From: Candidatus Binatia bacterium
GTDB taxonomy: Bacteria > Desulfobacterota > Binatia > Bin18
NCBI GenBank assembly: GCA_963664395.2
Contig: OY761159.2
Coordinates: 3,008,001-3,072,000 of the forward strand
Length of the DNA stretch: 64,000 bases
Reading direction: 5' to 3'
Shown here piece by piece: positions 9,347 through 19,339 of this stretch (within the stretch, counting starts at the first letter, position 1; every line of letters starts with the position of its first letter). The notes beneath the pieces were generated by a model, which was given only the letters and a program-made list of their open reading frames with translations, did no database searches and was not told where the DNA came from. The position numbers and the translations under genes were made by a program.

Positions 9347-11086
9347 TTATTTCGCGGCGACTGCACGGCGTCGCAGGGTTTCTTCGGTATCGATGGCCAT
9401 GCTGTCCGGCTGGATCACGACGCCGTAATCACGCTCCGCACTGTCTAGGCTGATAAATTCATCCAGTACGTCATCGAGGACTTTTTGAGGATCACGGGCA
9501 AGGGGGTTGCCCCAGCCGCCCCCTCCGCCCTTAAAGGTGGCAATGATCGAGCCTGGTGGCGAGGGGCGATTAGTGGCTGACTCAAGCACTTCTTCCTCAT
9601 GCTCTGTTCCCCAATTCAGGACATAGCGGCTGCTCGCGCCGTTCTTTCCGCCAGCAAAGCCAGGCGAGGAGTGGCGCACGCCTGTCAGCGCGACGTTGAT
9701 CATGGACGTGTCCCGGACGCTTTCCCGCTTCATGGCAAAACCCGGCACCCCGCGCCACTGGCCTGGTGCGGCCGTATCACTAACGTATTCGTACTGGTGG
9801 TAGAAAAAGGGGAATTGAATCTCGCTCATTTCAACGGTGGAGTAAATAAGACCGCACATGGGGGCCGGCCAGCCGCCCCAGCCGTCTTGACCCTGAGTCC
9901 CACCGGCGGCCACGAGTGTATTCCCGTACTCAATGGTCACAAACATTTCGCCATACCGGGAGTCATGCCCATAGGTGGTGCACAGACAGTAGTTCAGCGA
10001 CACCGAGCCGACTTTGTTGGGAATGGCCTGCTCCAAGGCCCGCATGGTTGCCGTGCCGACATCTCCGCCAATAACGACCGTGCTGAACATACACGGGGCT
10101 GGCGGGAGCGGGTTCACGACGGTGCCTTCCGGCGCAGTGATGGCCACGGCTCGAAACACACCGGAGTTGATCGGGATGTCTTCGGGCAGCACCGAACACA
10201 AGGCGGTGTAGACCCACGAGGCCGTATTGCCAAAAGGACTATTCACAAAGCCCGGCGTTTCAGGGCTGGAGCCGCTCAGGTCAACGCTCAGATCAGAGCC
10301 ATTGATGGTGACGGTTGTTTTGACTTCGATATCATGGTTGCCAAGACTATCGTGATCCAGAGTCGCGCTGCCCCGGTATTCTCCGTCCGGCCACTTGGCG
10401 ACCTCGGCCCGAAAGCGCTTTTCAGCATAGTCGAGCGTGTATTCAATGCTTTCATTGACGACATCCCCCCCATATTTGGTGAACAAGGCGTGCACGCGCT
10501 GCTCCGCCAGATTACACGCCCCGAACATGGCGGCCATATCGCCCCGCAAGACATTGGGAATGCGCGAGTTGGCCAGGATCCAGTCGAGCATGTCTTGACG
10601 CAAGACGCCCTTATCGAAGAGTTTGATAGGCGGAATACGCAGGGCTTCCTGCCAAATATCTTTGGCCTCGGGATTATACCCACCAGCGACCGGCCCGCCA
10701 AAATCGGCCATGTGAGCGCGGACCGAGGGGAACAGCACCGGCTTACCGTCAAAGAAGACGGGTTTCATCACCGTCCAGTCGGCGTGATGCGTGCCGCCGT
10801 AATACGGGTCGTTCAGCATGACGATGTCGCCTTCGTGCAGATCGTCTTGAAACGATTCCATCAGGGCTTCAACTGAAAGAATGGAGGCAAAGATATGGAC
10901 GGGAATAGCCGTCGCGCGGGCGACCAGGCGCACGTTGCTGCCATCATAAAAGAACACACCGGTCGAGTAGTCGTGCACCTCATTGAACAGCGGATGCACG
11001 GCCGTGCGCTCAACCGTTTTACTCATTTCTTCAGAAATCGCCTCTAAGGAATCTTTGATAACCAGGGCGGTAATACGGTCGATCAT
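9347..11086 (-). CDS. Hydantoinase B/oxoprolinase-family subunit
   Basis: Motifs EVHDYST, IPVH, NDPYYGGTHHAD, HMADFGG and GGGGWGNP. Confidence 0.93.
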   Translation of the reverse strand: MIDRITALVIKDSLEAISEEMSKTVERTAVHPLFNEVHDYSTGVFFYDGSNVRLVARATAIPVHIFASILSVEALMESFQDDLHEGDIVMLNDPYYGGTHHADWTVMKPVFFDGKPVLFPSVRAHMADFGGPVAGGYNPEAKDIWQEALRIPPIKLFDKGVLRQDMLDWILANSRIPNVLRGDMAAMFGACNLAEQRVHALFTKYGGDVVNESIEYTLDYAEKRFRAEVAKWPDGEYRGSATLDHDSLGNHDIEVKTTVTINGSDLSVDLSGSSPETPGFVNSPFGNTASWVYTALCSVLPEDIPINSGVFRAVAITAPEGTVVNPLPPAPCMFSTVVIGGDVGTATMRALEQAIPNKVGSVSLNYCLCTTYGHDSRYGEMFVTIEYGNTLVAAGGTQGQDGWGGWPAPMCGLIYSTVEMSEIQFPFFYHQYEYVSDTAAPGQWRGVPGFAMKRESVRDTSMINVALTGVRHSSPGFAGGKNGASSRYVLNWGTEHEEEVLESATNRPSPPGSIIATFKGGGGGWGNPLARDPQKVLDDVLDEFISLDSAERDYGVVIQPDSMAIDTEETLRRRAVAAK

Positions 11087-11111
11087 GCTCCTGCTCCTTT
11101 ATCCTGCTCCT

Positions 11112-12284
11112 TTATGCTGGCTGCGTCGGGAACGGACAGCCGGCACGGCCACACCCGGTGACGGTAAAGGGCAGTGGGGGTGGGGTGACCTGCGCTTCCA
11201 ACTGATGGGCCGGCGGCAGCGTACAGTGCGCCTGACGCAGGGCCGCGGCTACGGCCTGAACGATTGCCTGACTTGGCTGGTAGGGCGACCAGCCAACAGA
11301 CATGGGCAACTTGGCGTGTAAAAAAGTATCGTCAGGAAGGGATATCCGCAGGTGCTGGAAAATTCCTTCATTGGCCGGCAGAGAGGGCCAGAGAGAGAAA
11401 AAGGGAATCGTAGCCGCGGCCAGAGTGGTTGCCGCGGTGGTGTTCACAAAGCCTTTCGCCGCAGGAGAACTGCCGGAGAAGTCAAGCGCAACGGATTCGT
11501 CCGCAACGATCGCTCGGACCTGAACGTTCAAATCCGTTTCTTCCAAACAACAGTGTAGTGGAGAACTCTCCCCCTGCCATTCTCCGGGTGGAAGCGCAGA
11601 CAGGGCGGCCTGAGTCCTGGCGGCAGTGCCGGTGATGAGGTGGTCCAGGGCTTGCGCATAGACTGCCGGGGTCTGGCTGGTGGCCACGGCTGTAACGGCC
11701 GTATTGGACAGCTCCAGAATGGCAACCATACTCTCCACGTCTTTTTCTATCAGATGCGGCAGCCGGCTATTGAGTGTCAGCAGTGTGAGCGCGTCGCGTC
11801 GTAAGACTCCCTTCCGGTAGAGCTTGGCCGGCGTGACTCGAATGCCCTCAGCCCAAATTTCGAGGGCAAAAGGATAATACCCGCCCAATGCCATGCCACC
11901 GAGGTCGGGCAGGGGCGTCTGGACAATGGCCCAACTGACGAGCCGGTCAGCGACAAAGAGCGGTCGCAGCAGAGTCAGATCCTGAATATGCGTCCCGCCC
12001 GAAAACGGGTCGTTGGTGAGGATGATGTCTCCCTCAGCCACATCGTCGCCAAAGGTGTCGCAGACCGCACGGGCCACTGCCCGGACACTGCCCAGGCGAG
12101 CCGGGGTGTCTATATCAACCACGCGGCCATCCGCTGTTGCGAGTGCACCTGTGACGTGGCGACGATCGATTAAGGCTAAAGACGCAAGCCGCCGCAGGAG
12201 TGTCGGCCGCGCGCGTCTGAGTGTCGCCTCGAGTGTCGTGATGACTTCTTGGTGTGGGTCGGTGTGATGACGGGTAGATGCCAT
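11112..12284 (-). CDS. Truncated, divergent hydantoinase B-like subunit
   Basis: NDPFSGGTHIQD, PDLGG, EGIRVTP and DFSGSSP are present, but the C-terminal third is missing. Confidence 0.8.
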   Translation of the reverse strand: MASTRHHTDPHQEVITTLEATLRRARPTLLRRLASLALIDRRHVTGALATADGRVVDIDTPARLGSVRAVARAVCDTFGDDVAEGDIILTNDPFSGGTHIQDLTLLRPLFVADRLVSWAIVQTPLPDLGGMALGGYYPFALEIWAEGIRVTPAKLYRKGVLRRDALTLLTLNSRLPHLIEKDVESMVAILELSNTAVTAVATSQTPAVYAQALDHLITGTAARTQAALSALPPGEWQGESSPLHCCLEETDLNVQVRAIVADESVALDFSGSSPAAKGFVNTTAATTLAAATIPFFSLWPSLPANEGIFQHLRISLPDDTFLHAKLPMSVGWSPYQPSQAIVQAVAAALRQAHCTLPPAHQLEAQVTPPPLPFTVTGCGRAGCPFPTQPA

Positions 12285-12285
12285 A

Positions 12286-14361
12286 TCACTCGACCTCAAT
12301 CACATACGTGAGGTGCTCGTCGAGGCTCGCCCGCTGGCCGGCAAAAAGGACGATTGAGGTCCGTGCTTCTTCAATAATGGCTGGGCCGACAACACAGTTC
12401 CCCGGCACGATCTGCTCTCCAGTGTAAATATCCGTCTCAACATAGTCTTGGGCTGAGGCCGAATAGACAGGCCGGCTGCCTTGTAATGCAGCGCGCGCAT
12501 CCTGACTGCCCCGGCGGGCTGTTTGCAAACTCGGCTTTGATCTTCGCCCGACGAGGTCGAGGTGGATGTTCAGAATTTCGACTTCGTCCTCGGGCTTTTG
12601 AAAGGTGTACAACTGTTCATGCAGGTTGTGAAATCCCTGGATAGTCGTCTCCATATCTGTGGCACTCAGCTGCTCTCCCCGCTGCGCAACCGGAACCGCC
12701 ACCTCATGCGTCTGGCCACTATAGCGCATCTCAAGCGAGAATTGGACGAAAGTCTGCTCCAGGTGACTCTGCTGACTCCCAAACAGGACGCGGGCTTCCT
12801 CGTGCATACGCCGGAACTGCTCGTTCATTGCCTGCAGATCAATCTCACTCCCGCGCGCATAGAAACTGCGTACTCGACTCACCCGTAGATCGGACAAGAG
12901 ATCGCCCAGGGCGCACAGGACCGGGGCGGTGCCTTTGGGAATAAGGATGGTCTGAATGCCAAGGTCTTCAACCAATGCCCCGGCATGGATTGCGCCGGCC
13001 CCGCCAAAAGCGGTCAGGGCGAAGTCACGCGGGTCGTATCCTTTTGCCAGAGAAACCTGCCGCACACTATTGCTCATACTATTATTGACAATACGAAAGA
13101 TGCCACTCGCCGCTTCCAGCAGGCTCATCTCCAGCGGCTGAGCGACCTTGGCCTCAATTGCCCGTCGGGCCGCCTCAGCGTTCAGCTGCATTGCGCCGCC
13201 CAGGAAAGAATCCGGACTGATATAGCCCAGGACCACGTCTGCATCCGTGACCGTGGCCTCCTGGCCGCCAAAGCCGTAACACGCCGGGCCCGGATGGGCC
13301 CGAGCGCTCTGTGGGCCAACGCGCAGAGCGCCTCCCTCGTCGACCCAGGCGATACTGCCTCCACCCGCGCCAATGGTATGAATATCAATAAATGGCACCG
13401 CAACCCGGTACCGACTCATCCACTGCTCGGTTCCGGTCTTGGGACGCCCATCCTGAACCAGGCATACGTCGAAGCTCGTGCCCCCCATATCAACGGTGAT
13501 GACATCTTTGAAACCGGAGGCCTGGCCCAGATACGCGCCAGCCACAACTCCGCTGGCCGGCCCGGATAGGAGGGCCTGCACGCCGTGGGCGCTGGCTTGT
13601 TCCAGGCCAACGACTCCGCCATTCCCTTGCATAATGAAGATGTCGCCTTGGAAGCCACGCTCACGGAGTTCTGCGTCCAGCCGCTGTAAATACTTCTGTA
13701 AGCGAGGGGTGATATAGGCATCGACCAGAGTTGTGCTCAAGCGTTCGAATTCCCGGACTTGGGGCAGGACCTCTGACGAAAGTGAGATATGGACAGCGGG
13801 CAGCAGCTCGCGGATAATCTCTTGAGTCCGGAGTTCGTGGACAGGATTCAAAAACGAAAAAAGATAACACACCGCTATGGCTTCGACCTGTCTATCCGCC
13901 AGGCGCTGTACAGCCGTACGGACTTCATCCTCCGCCAGGGGTTTGACGACCTGACCGGCATAATCAATCCGCTCGGTCACGCCGAGGCGACAGCGGCGCG
14001 GGACGATTTGATACGGGGCCGGGAGGCGCAGGTCAAAGGCGGCTTCTTTGTAGTTGCGGCGGATCTCTATGGTATCGCGAAAACCGGCGGTGGTGATAAG
14101 GCCGGTGTTGGCTCCGGTGTATTCCAGCATGGTGTTGGTGGCGACCGTTGTGCCATGGACGACAACCGATATCTGACTGAGAAAGTCGTGCTCGGTCAGT
14201 CCGTATTTGAGTGCCAGTTTGCCGATGCCACTGAGCACCCCAAGGGCCTGGTTCTCTCCTGTCGTCAGGACTTTCTCGGTGTGAGTCTGTCCCGCCTCGT
14301 CCGCACACACCAGGTCGGTAAAAGTCCCTCCGACGTCGATGCCTAAGCTATAGGTTGTCAT
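12286..14361 (-). CDS. Hydantoinase A/oxoprolinase ATP-binding subunit
   Basis: Motifs GIDVGGTFTD, HGTTVATN, SGPASG, DMGGTSFD and GAGGGSIA. Confidence 0.95.
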   Translation of the reverse strand: MTTYSLGIDVGGTFTDLVCADEAGQTHTEKVLTTGENQALGVLSGIGKLALKYGLTEHDFLSQISVVVHGTTVATNTMLEYTGANTGLITTAGFRDTIEIRRNYKEAAFDLRLPAPYQIVPRRCRLGVTERIDYAGQVVKPLAEDEVRTAVQRLADRQVEAIAVCYLFSFLNPVHELRTQEIIRELLPAVHISLSSEVLPQVREFERLSTTLVDAYITPRLQKYLQRLDAELRERGFQGDIFIMQGNGGVVGLEQASAHGVQALLSGPASGVVAGAYLGQASGFKDVITVDMGGTSFDVCLVQDGRPKTGTEQWMSRYRVAVPFIDIHTIGAGGGSIAWVDEGGALRVGPQSARAHPGPACYGFGGQEATVTDADVVLGYISPDSFLGGAMQLNAEAARRAIEAKVAQPLEMSLLEAASGIFRIVNNSMSNSVRQVSLAKGYDPRDFALTAFGGAGAIHAGALVEDLGIQTILIPKGTAPVLCALGDLLSDLRVSRVRSFYARGSEIDLQAMNEQFRRMHEEARVLFGSQQSHLEQTFVQFSLEMRYSGQTHEVAVPVAQRGEQLSATDMETTIQGFHNLHEQLYTFQKPEDEVEILNIHLDLVGRRSKPSLQTARRGSQDARAALQGSRPVYSASAQDYVETDIYTGEQIVPGNCVVGPAIIEEARTSIVLFAGQRASLDEHLTYVIEVE

Positions 14362-14397
14362 GGTCTGTTACGAATGCTGCCTGCCGGGGGCGTTGCG

Positions 14398-14504
14398 TCC
14401 CCTCCTCGGAGGGGTGGTCCTGAGCTTGTCGAAGGGCCGGGGTGGGTTCCTGGACCGGCCCGAAACACACCCCGCCGCTATGCGGCACCCCTCTCAAGAG
14501 GGGA
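14398..14504. repeat. Inverted pair of family A repeats (REPIN-like)
   Basis: TCCCCTCCTCGGAGGGGTGG...GGGGTGGGT and the inverted copy ACACACCCC...CACCCCTCTCAAGAGGGGA. Confidence 0.8.
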
Positions 14505-14526
14505 AATCTATTGACGACGAGACCTA

Positions 14527-14994
14527 CTACCCGACAAATTGCTGATTGACCCAGCCCTGCTCAAACGGGGTCCAGCACTCTGGGGCGAGGATCAGGTTTT
14601 GTATTTTCCACTCACCGTCCACCCGGACGTATGCTTCTTCGTATTTGGCCACACCCCAGACAGCCTGCTCGCCGCCTTTGACCATGGTGCAGGGCTCTAA
14701 GAGGTACCAATAGCCGCTGGCCCGGTCGCCGTTGACTTCAAGGCGCGGATTCATAACGTAGTGGATGGCAAACGACAGGACCTCAGGAATAGTGCGAAAA
14801 AAGTCCCGAATGGCGGCTTTGCCTTCATAGTGTCCGAAGGTGCCGCCGTCCCATACGGCGTCTTCGGTGAAGCAGCCGACAAACTTCTCTTCATCCCGTT
14901 CGTCCGCCCCGGCACAGTAACGGGCCTTGAGCTTTTTGAGGGCTTCGATGTCTTCGAGCGTTTGGACTCGTTGGGCGATATCTTCGAGATTCAT
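14527..14994 (-). CDS. SnoaL-like/NTF2-family protein (LinA/BaiE-like fold)
   Basis: LEDIEALKKLKARYC...FTEDAVWD...HYVMNP...YVRVDGEWKI; GGAG RBS before the ATG at 14994. Confidence 0.88.
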   Translation of the reverse strand: MNLEDIAQRVQTLEDIEALKKLKARYCAGADERDEEKFVGCFTEDAVWDGGTFGHYEGKAAIRDFFRTIPEVLSFAIHYVMNPRLEVNGDRASGYWYLLEPCTMVKGGEQAVWGVAKYEEAYVRVDGEWKIQNLILAPECWTPFEQGWVNQQFVG

Positions 14995-15022
14995 AACTCC
15001 CTCCTTCTGTTTAGAGCCTGGT

Positions 15023-16155
15023 TTAGAGTCCAAAAAATTGGACCGCGTTTTCTCCCAATATTTTGTTGACGGATGCCTCTGGCAGTGTCTCCAAGGCGTT
15101 CCGCGCTTTGGCAACTGGATCGGTAAAGCCTTCAGCATGCGGATAGTCCGAACCAATAAAAAACTTATGATCGCCGAGCAGCTCAACCATGTAAGGCAGC
15201 AGGCGTTCATCCGGGTCAGCCGCAATCCAAATATTCCGCTCAAAATACTCGCTGGCCGGACGCTCCATCTGGCACGAGTGGCCCATATAGCTGTAGCGAT
15301 AATCGAGTCGGTCGAGCCATTCCACGACCCAACCGCTGGCGGATTCAATGGTGGCGACACGCAGCTTGGGAAAGCGCTCAAACACCCCGTCGTAGACCAT
15401 GGTGGTCAGGGCCATGCGGGGGTCCTGGATGCCGTTCATACTCAGGAACATGAAGCCCGGTCGGCGGTCCGTATACCAGTCGTGGCCAAGGTAGTTGCGG
15501 TGTACGACCAGATGGATACCAACAGCCATGTCGTGATATTGGGCGGCGTCCCAGACCGGGTCAAAATCAGGACTGCCGAAACTCTTGCCGTCAACCGGCA
15601 GGGCTCCGACAAAGATCGTTCGCATGCCCGCATCGGCCAGACGCTCGATTTCACGCACGGCCTGCGTGGGGTGGCGCAGAGAAATATGTCCGACCGGATA
15701 CAGCCGGCTGCGGTGCTGGGCGCACACCTCCAGCGTCCAGGTGTTATAGGCGCGACAATGGGCGGCCGCCAGCTCCGGATCAGTCACCTGACCCTCCCAC
15801 ATCAGACCCAGGGTCGGATAGATAAATTGGCATTCAAAGCCTTCGTTATCCAGGTAGGCGATACGCTGGTCCATGTCTTCGAGGGTATTATTAAACGCGT
15901 GGAAAAGTCGAAAGAACCCAGCCCGGAGCCGGCCTCCTTCTGACCGTAGCCGACGCCGACGCCGAGCATGTCTTCCATGCTGAACTCACCCACCCCCCGA
16001 ATCTGTTTTGATTCGTTGACGAGCATGGCATGCGTGCCGGTGTGCGGGTCCTGGGTGAAGCGCAGGCAGCGAGCGCGAAACTCCGGTTCGATATAGCGCT
16101 CCCATAAATCGAGCGGCTCCATGAAATGGCTGTCTGCGTCAATAATCCGGCTCAT
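15023..16155 (-). pseudogene. Amidohydrolase_2-family protein with a frameshift near 15900 (pseudogene or sequencing error)
   Basis: The N-part MSRIIDADSHFMEP and the C-part MDQRIAYLD...IYPT...IGSDYPHAE lie in different frames. The span is 1133 nt, one base short of a multiple of 3. Confidence 0.8.
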
Positions 16156-16222
16156 ACGCTTCCTTCCCTCCTCTTCTCGTAGCGAAAGGCGGACGACTTG
16201 AAAAGCCTGGGCGCCAACAAGA

Positions 16223-16246
16223 AGGGGCACGGCATGCCGTGCCCCT
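16223..16246. repeat. Perfect 24-bp REP-like palindrome
   Basis: AGGGGCACGGCATGCCGTGCCCCT. Confidence 0.75.
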
Positions 16247-16271
16247 CTGGAAGTGTACTGCTTGCTGGCGA

Positions 16272-17546
16272 CTAGGCGGCTTTCTGGAGTCTGGCTCGGC
16301 TCGGGGTCAGCTCGTTCCGATAAAACGCCCCATCCTTCATGATGGCGTGCAGGTTCTTTTTGTCCTGCAGGATGGTGATGTCTTTGGCCGGATTGCCTTT
16401 GACGATGAGGAGGTCGGCGATCTTGCCCGGCTCGATGGTCCCCAACTCGTCACCCATGCCGAGTAACTCTGCGCCATTCTTCGTGGCCCAGCGTAGGACT
16501 TCATTGGCCGGGATGCCGGCGCCTTTGACATAGGCTTCCAACTCGCACGCGTACTCGCCGTGCGGCATGGAGGCGATGCCGAAATCGTCACCGATAACCA
16601 GTTTTACCCCGGCTTTATTGGCCTTGGGCAGGACCTTATACGAGTGCTCCAGATTCCGCTCCATGCTGTCGACACCGCCCCAGCCACTCGAACCCGTGCG
16701 GCGTTTTTCCTCGACGACCTTCCACGGGAAGTACAGGCTCGGCACCACAAATGTGTCCTGTTCGAGCATGCCCTCAATGCACTCGTCATCCATCCGGTCG
16801 CCGTGGTCGATCACGTCCATGCCGGCTTTGAGGGCGGCCAGGATGCCCTTCTTGGAAATAATATGGCCCCGAATTTTTCGGCCGCGTTCGTGGGCGGCCG
16901 TGGTCGCCGCCTCGATTTCGTCCTGGCTCATGGTCATGGTGTCCTCGTCCCACATCAGGCCATGCCCGCCGGTCGGGTAGAGTTTGATGATGTCCACGCC
17001 CAGCTTGATTTCTTCACGCACGGCTTTGCGAAAATCGTCCGGTCCGTCGCACACGCGGGCTAAGCCGTCCATGCCCATCTTCCAGAAGTTGGGATGACAA
17101 TCGACCGAATCGCCCGTGGTCACCACGTCCCGACCGCACGCCAGAAACCGCGGGCCCGGAATCATGCCCGCGTTAATGGCCTTTTTCAGCGTGACATCGA
17201 TATTGTGCATCGAGCCCGCACCCGCCGCACCCGTGTAGCCGCAGCTCAGCAGCAGCTCGGCGTTCTTGGCCGCAATGAGCGTCAGATAGGTCGGCGGATA
17301 TTTCATGTCAATATCGTTCATGTCGCCGACGTTGGCGTAGGCGACATGATAGTGGCACTGGACCATGCCCGGCATGAGGGATTTCCCACTCAGATCATAT
17401 ACAACATCCTTGGCCGAGGGTTGGGGCATGTCCCCATTTTTCCCGACCGCCTTGATGCGTTTGCCCTGCACGACAACGGTAGAGCCAGGTTGTGGTTTAT
17501 GTTCACCGTCGATCAGATTGACCCCACGAAAAAATATACGTCCCAT
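16272..17546 (-). CDS. Metal-dependent amidohydrolase (prolidase-like subgroup)
   Basis: Motifs MPGMVQCHYH, IKLYPTGG, IDHG and GTIEPGKIADLLIV. Confidence 0.9.
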   Translation of the reverse strand: MGRIFFRGVNLIDGEHKPQPGSTVVVQGKRIKAVGKNGDMPQPSAKDVVYDLSGKSLMPGMVQCHYHVAYANVGDMNDIDMKYPPTYLTLIAAKNAELLLSCGYTGAAGAGSMHNIDVTLKKAINAGMIPGPRFLACGRDVVTTGDSVDCHPNFWKMGMDGLARVCDGPDDFRKAVREEIKLGVDIIKLYPTGGHGLMWDEDTMTMSQDEIEAATTAAHERGRKIRGHIISKKGILAALKAGMDVIDHGDRMDDECIEGMLEQDTFVVPSLYFPWKVVEEKRRTGSSGWGGVDSMERNLEHSYKVLPKANKAGVKLVIGDDFGIASMPHGEYACELEAYVKGAGIPANEVLRWATKNGAELLGMGDELGTIEPGKIADLLIVKGNPAKDITILQDKKNLHAIMKDGAFYRNELTPSRARLQKAA

Positions 17547-17646
17547 ACGATGCCCTCCTCTATAGGTGTTGTTCCAAAAAAATTCGTCTCACAGTGCTAC
17601 TCTTTCTCTATCGTATTTTTGGCGATATGCAAAACGGATTTTTACT

Positions 17647-18732
17647 CTATAGGTCTTTAACCCCGGGAATGACTTCATTCGCAAAACGGGTCATCGCGGC
17701 TTTGACCTGCTCATGGGGTACCATTCCGCCCGGATTAAACCAGCAAATCAGCTCATTCATCCCGAGCTCTTTGTGCAGCAGGCGAATACGGTCCACACAC
17801 TCGTGGGAAGAGCCGAAAATAGCCATGCTCTCTACCACTTTCTCAAAGGTGATACTCTCCAGATTTTTACGGATTTCCGCTGTATAGCGGTATGATTCCA
17901 TATCCTCTTGTTTTGTCGTGCCGCTCGTCATCATGCCCAGGACGCTGCCGAAATAATTTTGAATACTCGGCTCCACGGCCCGGCGCACGTGGTCCAGACT
18001 TTCGCCCGGCTGCATAAAAAACATGGTGGAGACATCTTGTGGAGGGTACCGGGGGTGAGTGGACTGCCCGGTATGCGGGCTGTGTTCATCCCAGGCTTGG
18101 CGATAGGTTGCGACTTGGGCAAACATCTTGGGCAGCGGATTGGTCACAGATGCCACAAATATCGGATGGCCGGTTTTACCGGCAAACACCGCCGTCTCCG
18201 GGCTGTTGGCTGCAATCCGGATGGGAGGATGAGGCTGTTGCAGCGGTTTCGGTACGACGCTGGTCTCAGGAATCTTGTAATAGCTGCCGTCATACGAAAA
18301 TGACTCATGTGTCCAGGCCTGTTTAATGATGTCGAGGCTTTCTTCGAAGCGTTCGCGGCTCTTGTCCCGAGAGCGATCAAATCCGGAAAAATGGAGCGGA
18401 ATCGTCCCGCGTCCGACTCCGAACTCCAGCCGCCCGTTACTCAACAGATCGACCGTCGCGCCTTCTTCAGCGTTGCGGACCGGGTGCCATAACGGCAGGA
18501 GGTTGACGGCAATGCCCAGGCGGATGCGTTTCGTCTGTTGCGCAATAGCCGTAGCGACAATCAGGGGCGACGACATAATCGAGAAATGCTTATAAAAGTG
18601 CAGCTCCGCCAGCCAGGCGCAATCGAAACCCAGTTGCTCGGCGTGGATGACCTGTTCAATGGTCTCTTGATAGCGCGCTGCCTGTGTCTGGGTATCTGCG
18701 CACGGTAACTGGTAGAAAAGGCCAAATCTCAC
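17647..18732 (-). CDS. LLM-class flavin-dependent oxidoreductase
   Basis: Motifs RFGLF, WLAELHF and VDLLSNGRLEFGVGRG; GTG start. Confidence 0.9.
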   Translation of the reverse strand: MRFGLFYQLPCADTQTQAARYQETIEQVIHAEQLGFDCAWLAELHFYKHFSIMSSPLIVATAIAQQTKRIRLGIAVNLLPLWHPVRNAEEGATVDLLSNGRLEFGVGRGTIPLHFSGFDRSRDKSRERFEESLDIIKQAWTHESFSYDGSYYKIPETSVVPKPLQQPHPPIRIAANSPETAVFAGKTGHPIFVASVTNPLPKMFAQVATYRQAWDEHSPHTGQSTHPRYPPQDVSTMFFMQPGESLDHVRRAVEPSIQNYFGSVLGMMTSGTTKQEDMESYRYTAEIRKNLESITFEKVVESMAIFGSSHECVDRIRLLHKELGMNELICWFNPGGMVPHEQVKAAMTRFANEVIPGVKDL

Positions 18733-18945
18733 GTATTCCCTCCTGTGCTCCCCACCCACTCATGCCGAGTCTTGCGGAGTCTATTGTTTGTGTTGAGCAT
18801 GCCCGGCGTGGGTCTGTCAAGAACAAGGCCGAGAGGAGGTACGGGGGGACACAGGAAGAGAAGCCGGACGGGGCGGCTCTTGTTCCCGCTGCGTGCCCTG
18901 CGGTATAGTCCTCAAGCTCAATGTTTTGCAGCAAGGAGGGATGCT

Positions 18946-19323
18946 ATGGCGAATCAGAGCGACCTGGAAAAGGGAATCGAGATCCGGAAAAAGCTGAGCG
19001 GAGACCGCTTTGGGAAGTCGGCCAGCGCGCTGGCCGAACTCGCCCCGGACCTTGAAGAGATGTTGAACGAAGTCGTCTTCGGACGGGTCTGGACCAGACC
19101 GGGGCTTGAGCTCAAAATGCGTAGCGTGGCCGTGATTGCGGCCCTCACTGCTATGCAGCGGTTGCCCCAACTCAAGAGCCATATCGCCAATGGTCTGAAT
19201 GCCGGTCTGACGAAGGAAGAAATTATCGAGATTTTAATCCAGATGGCCTTTTATGCCGGCGCGCCAACCGCGGTCAACGCGTTTCAGGTCGCCAAAGAAG
19301 TCTTCGAAGCCGAGGGCGTGTAA
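18946..19323 (+). CDS. Carboxymuconolactone decarboxylase-family protein
   Basis: FGRVWTRPGLELKMRS...QMAFYAGAP; AAGGAGG RBS. Confidence 0.9.
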   Translation: MANQSDLEKGIEIRKKLSGDRFGKSASALAELAPDLEEMLNEVVFGRVWTRPGLELKMRSVAVIAALTAMQRLPQLKSHIANGLNAGLTKEEIIEILIQMAFYAGAPTAVNAFQVAKEVFEAEGV

Positions 19324-19339
19324 GGAGAAACGTCCCAGT

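Noticed and set aside
9599-10876. 425-aa antisense ORF
   Set aside because: Shadow of hydantoinase B.
14995-15381. N-terminal extension of the SnoaL ORF given in the track
   Set aside because: It overlaps the amidohydrolase in another frame; an RBS supports the start at 14994.
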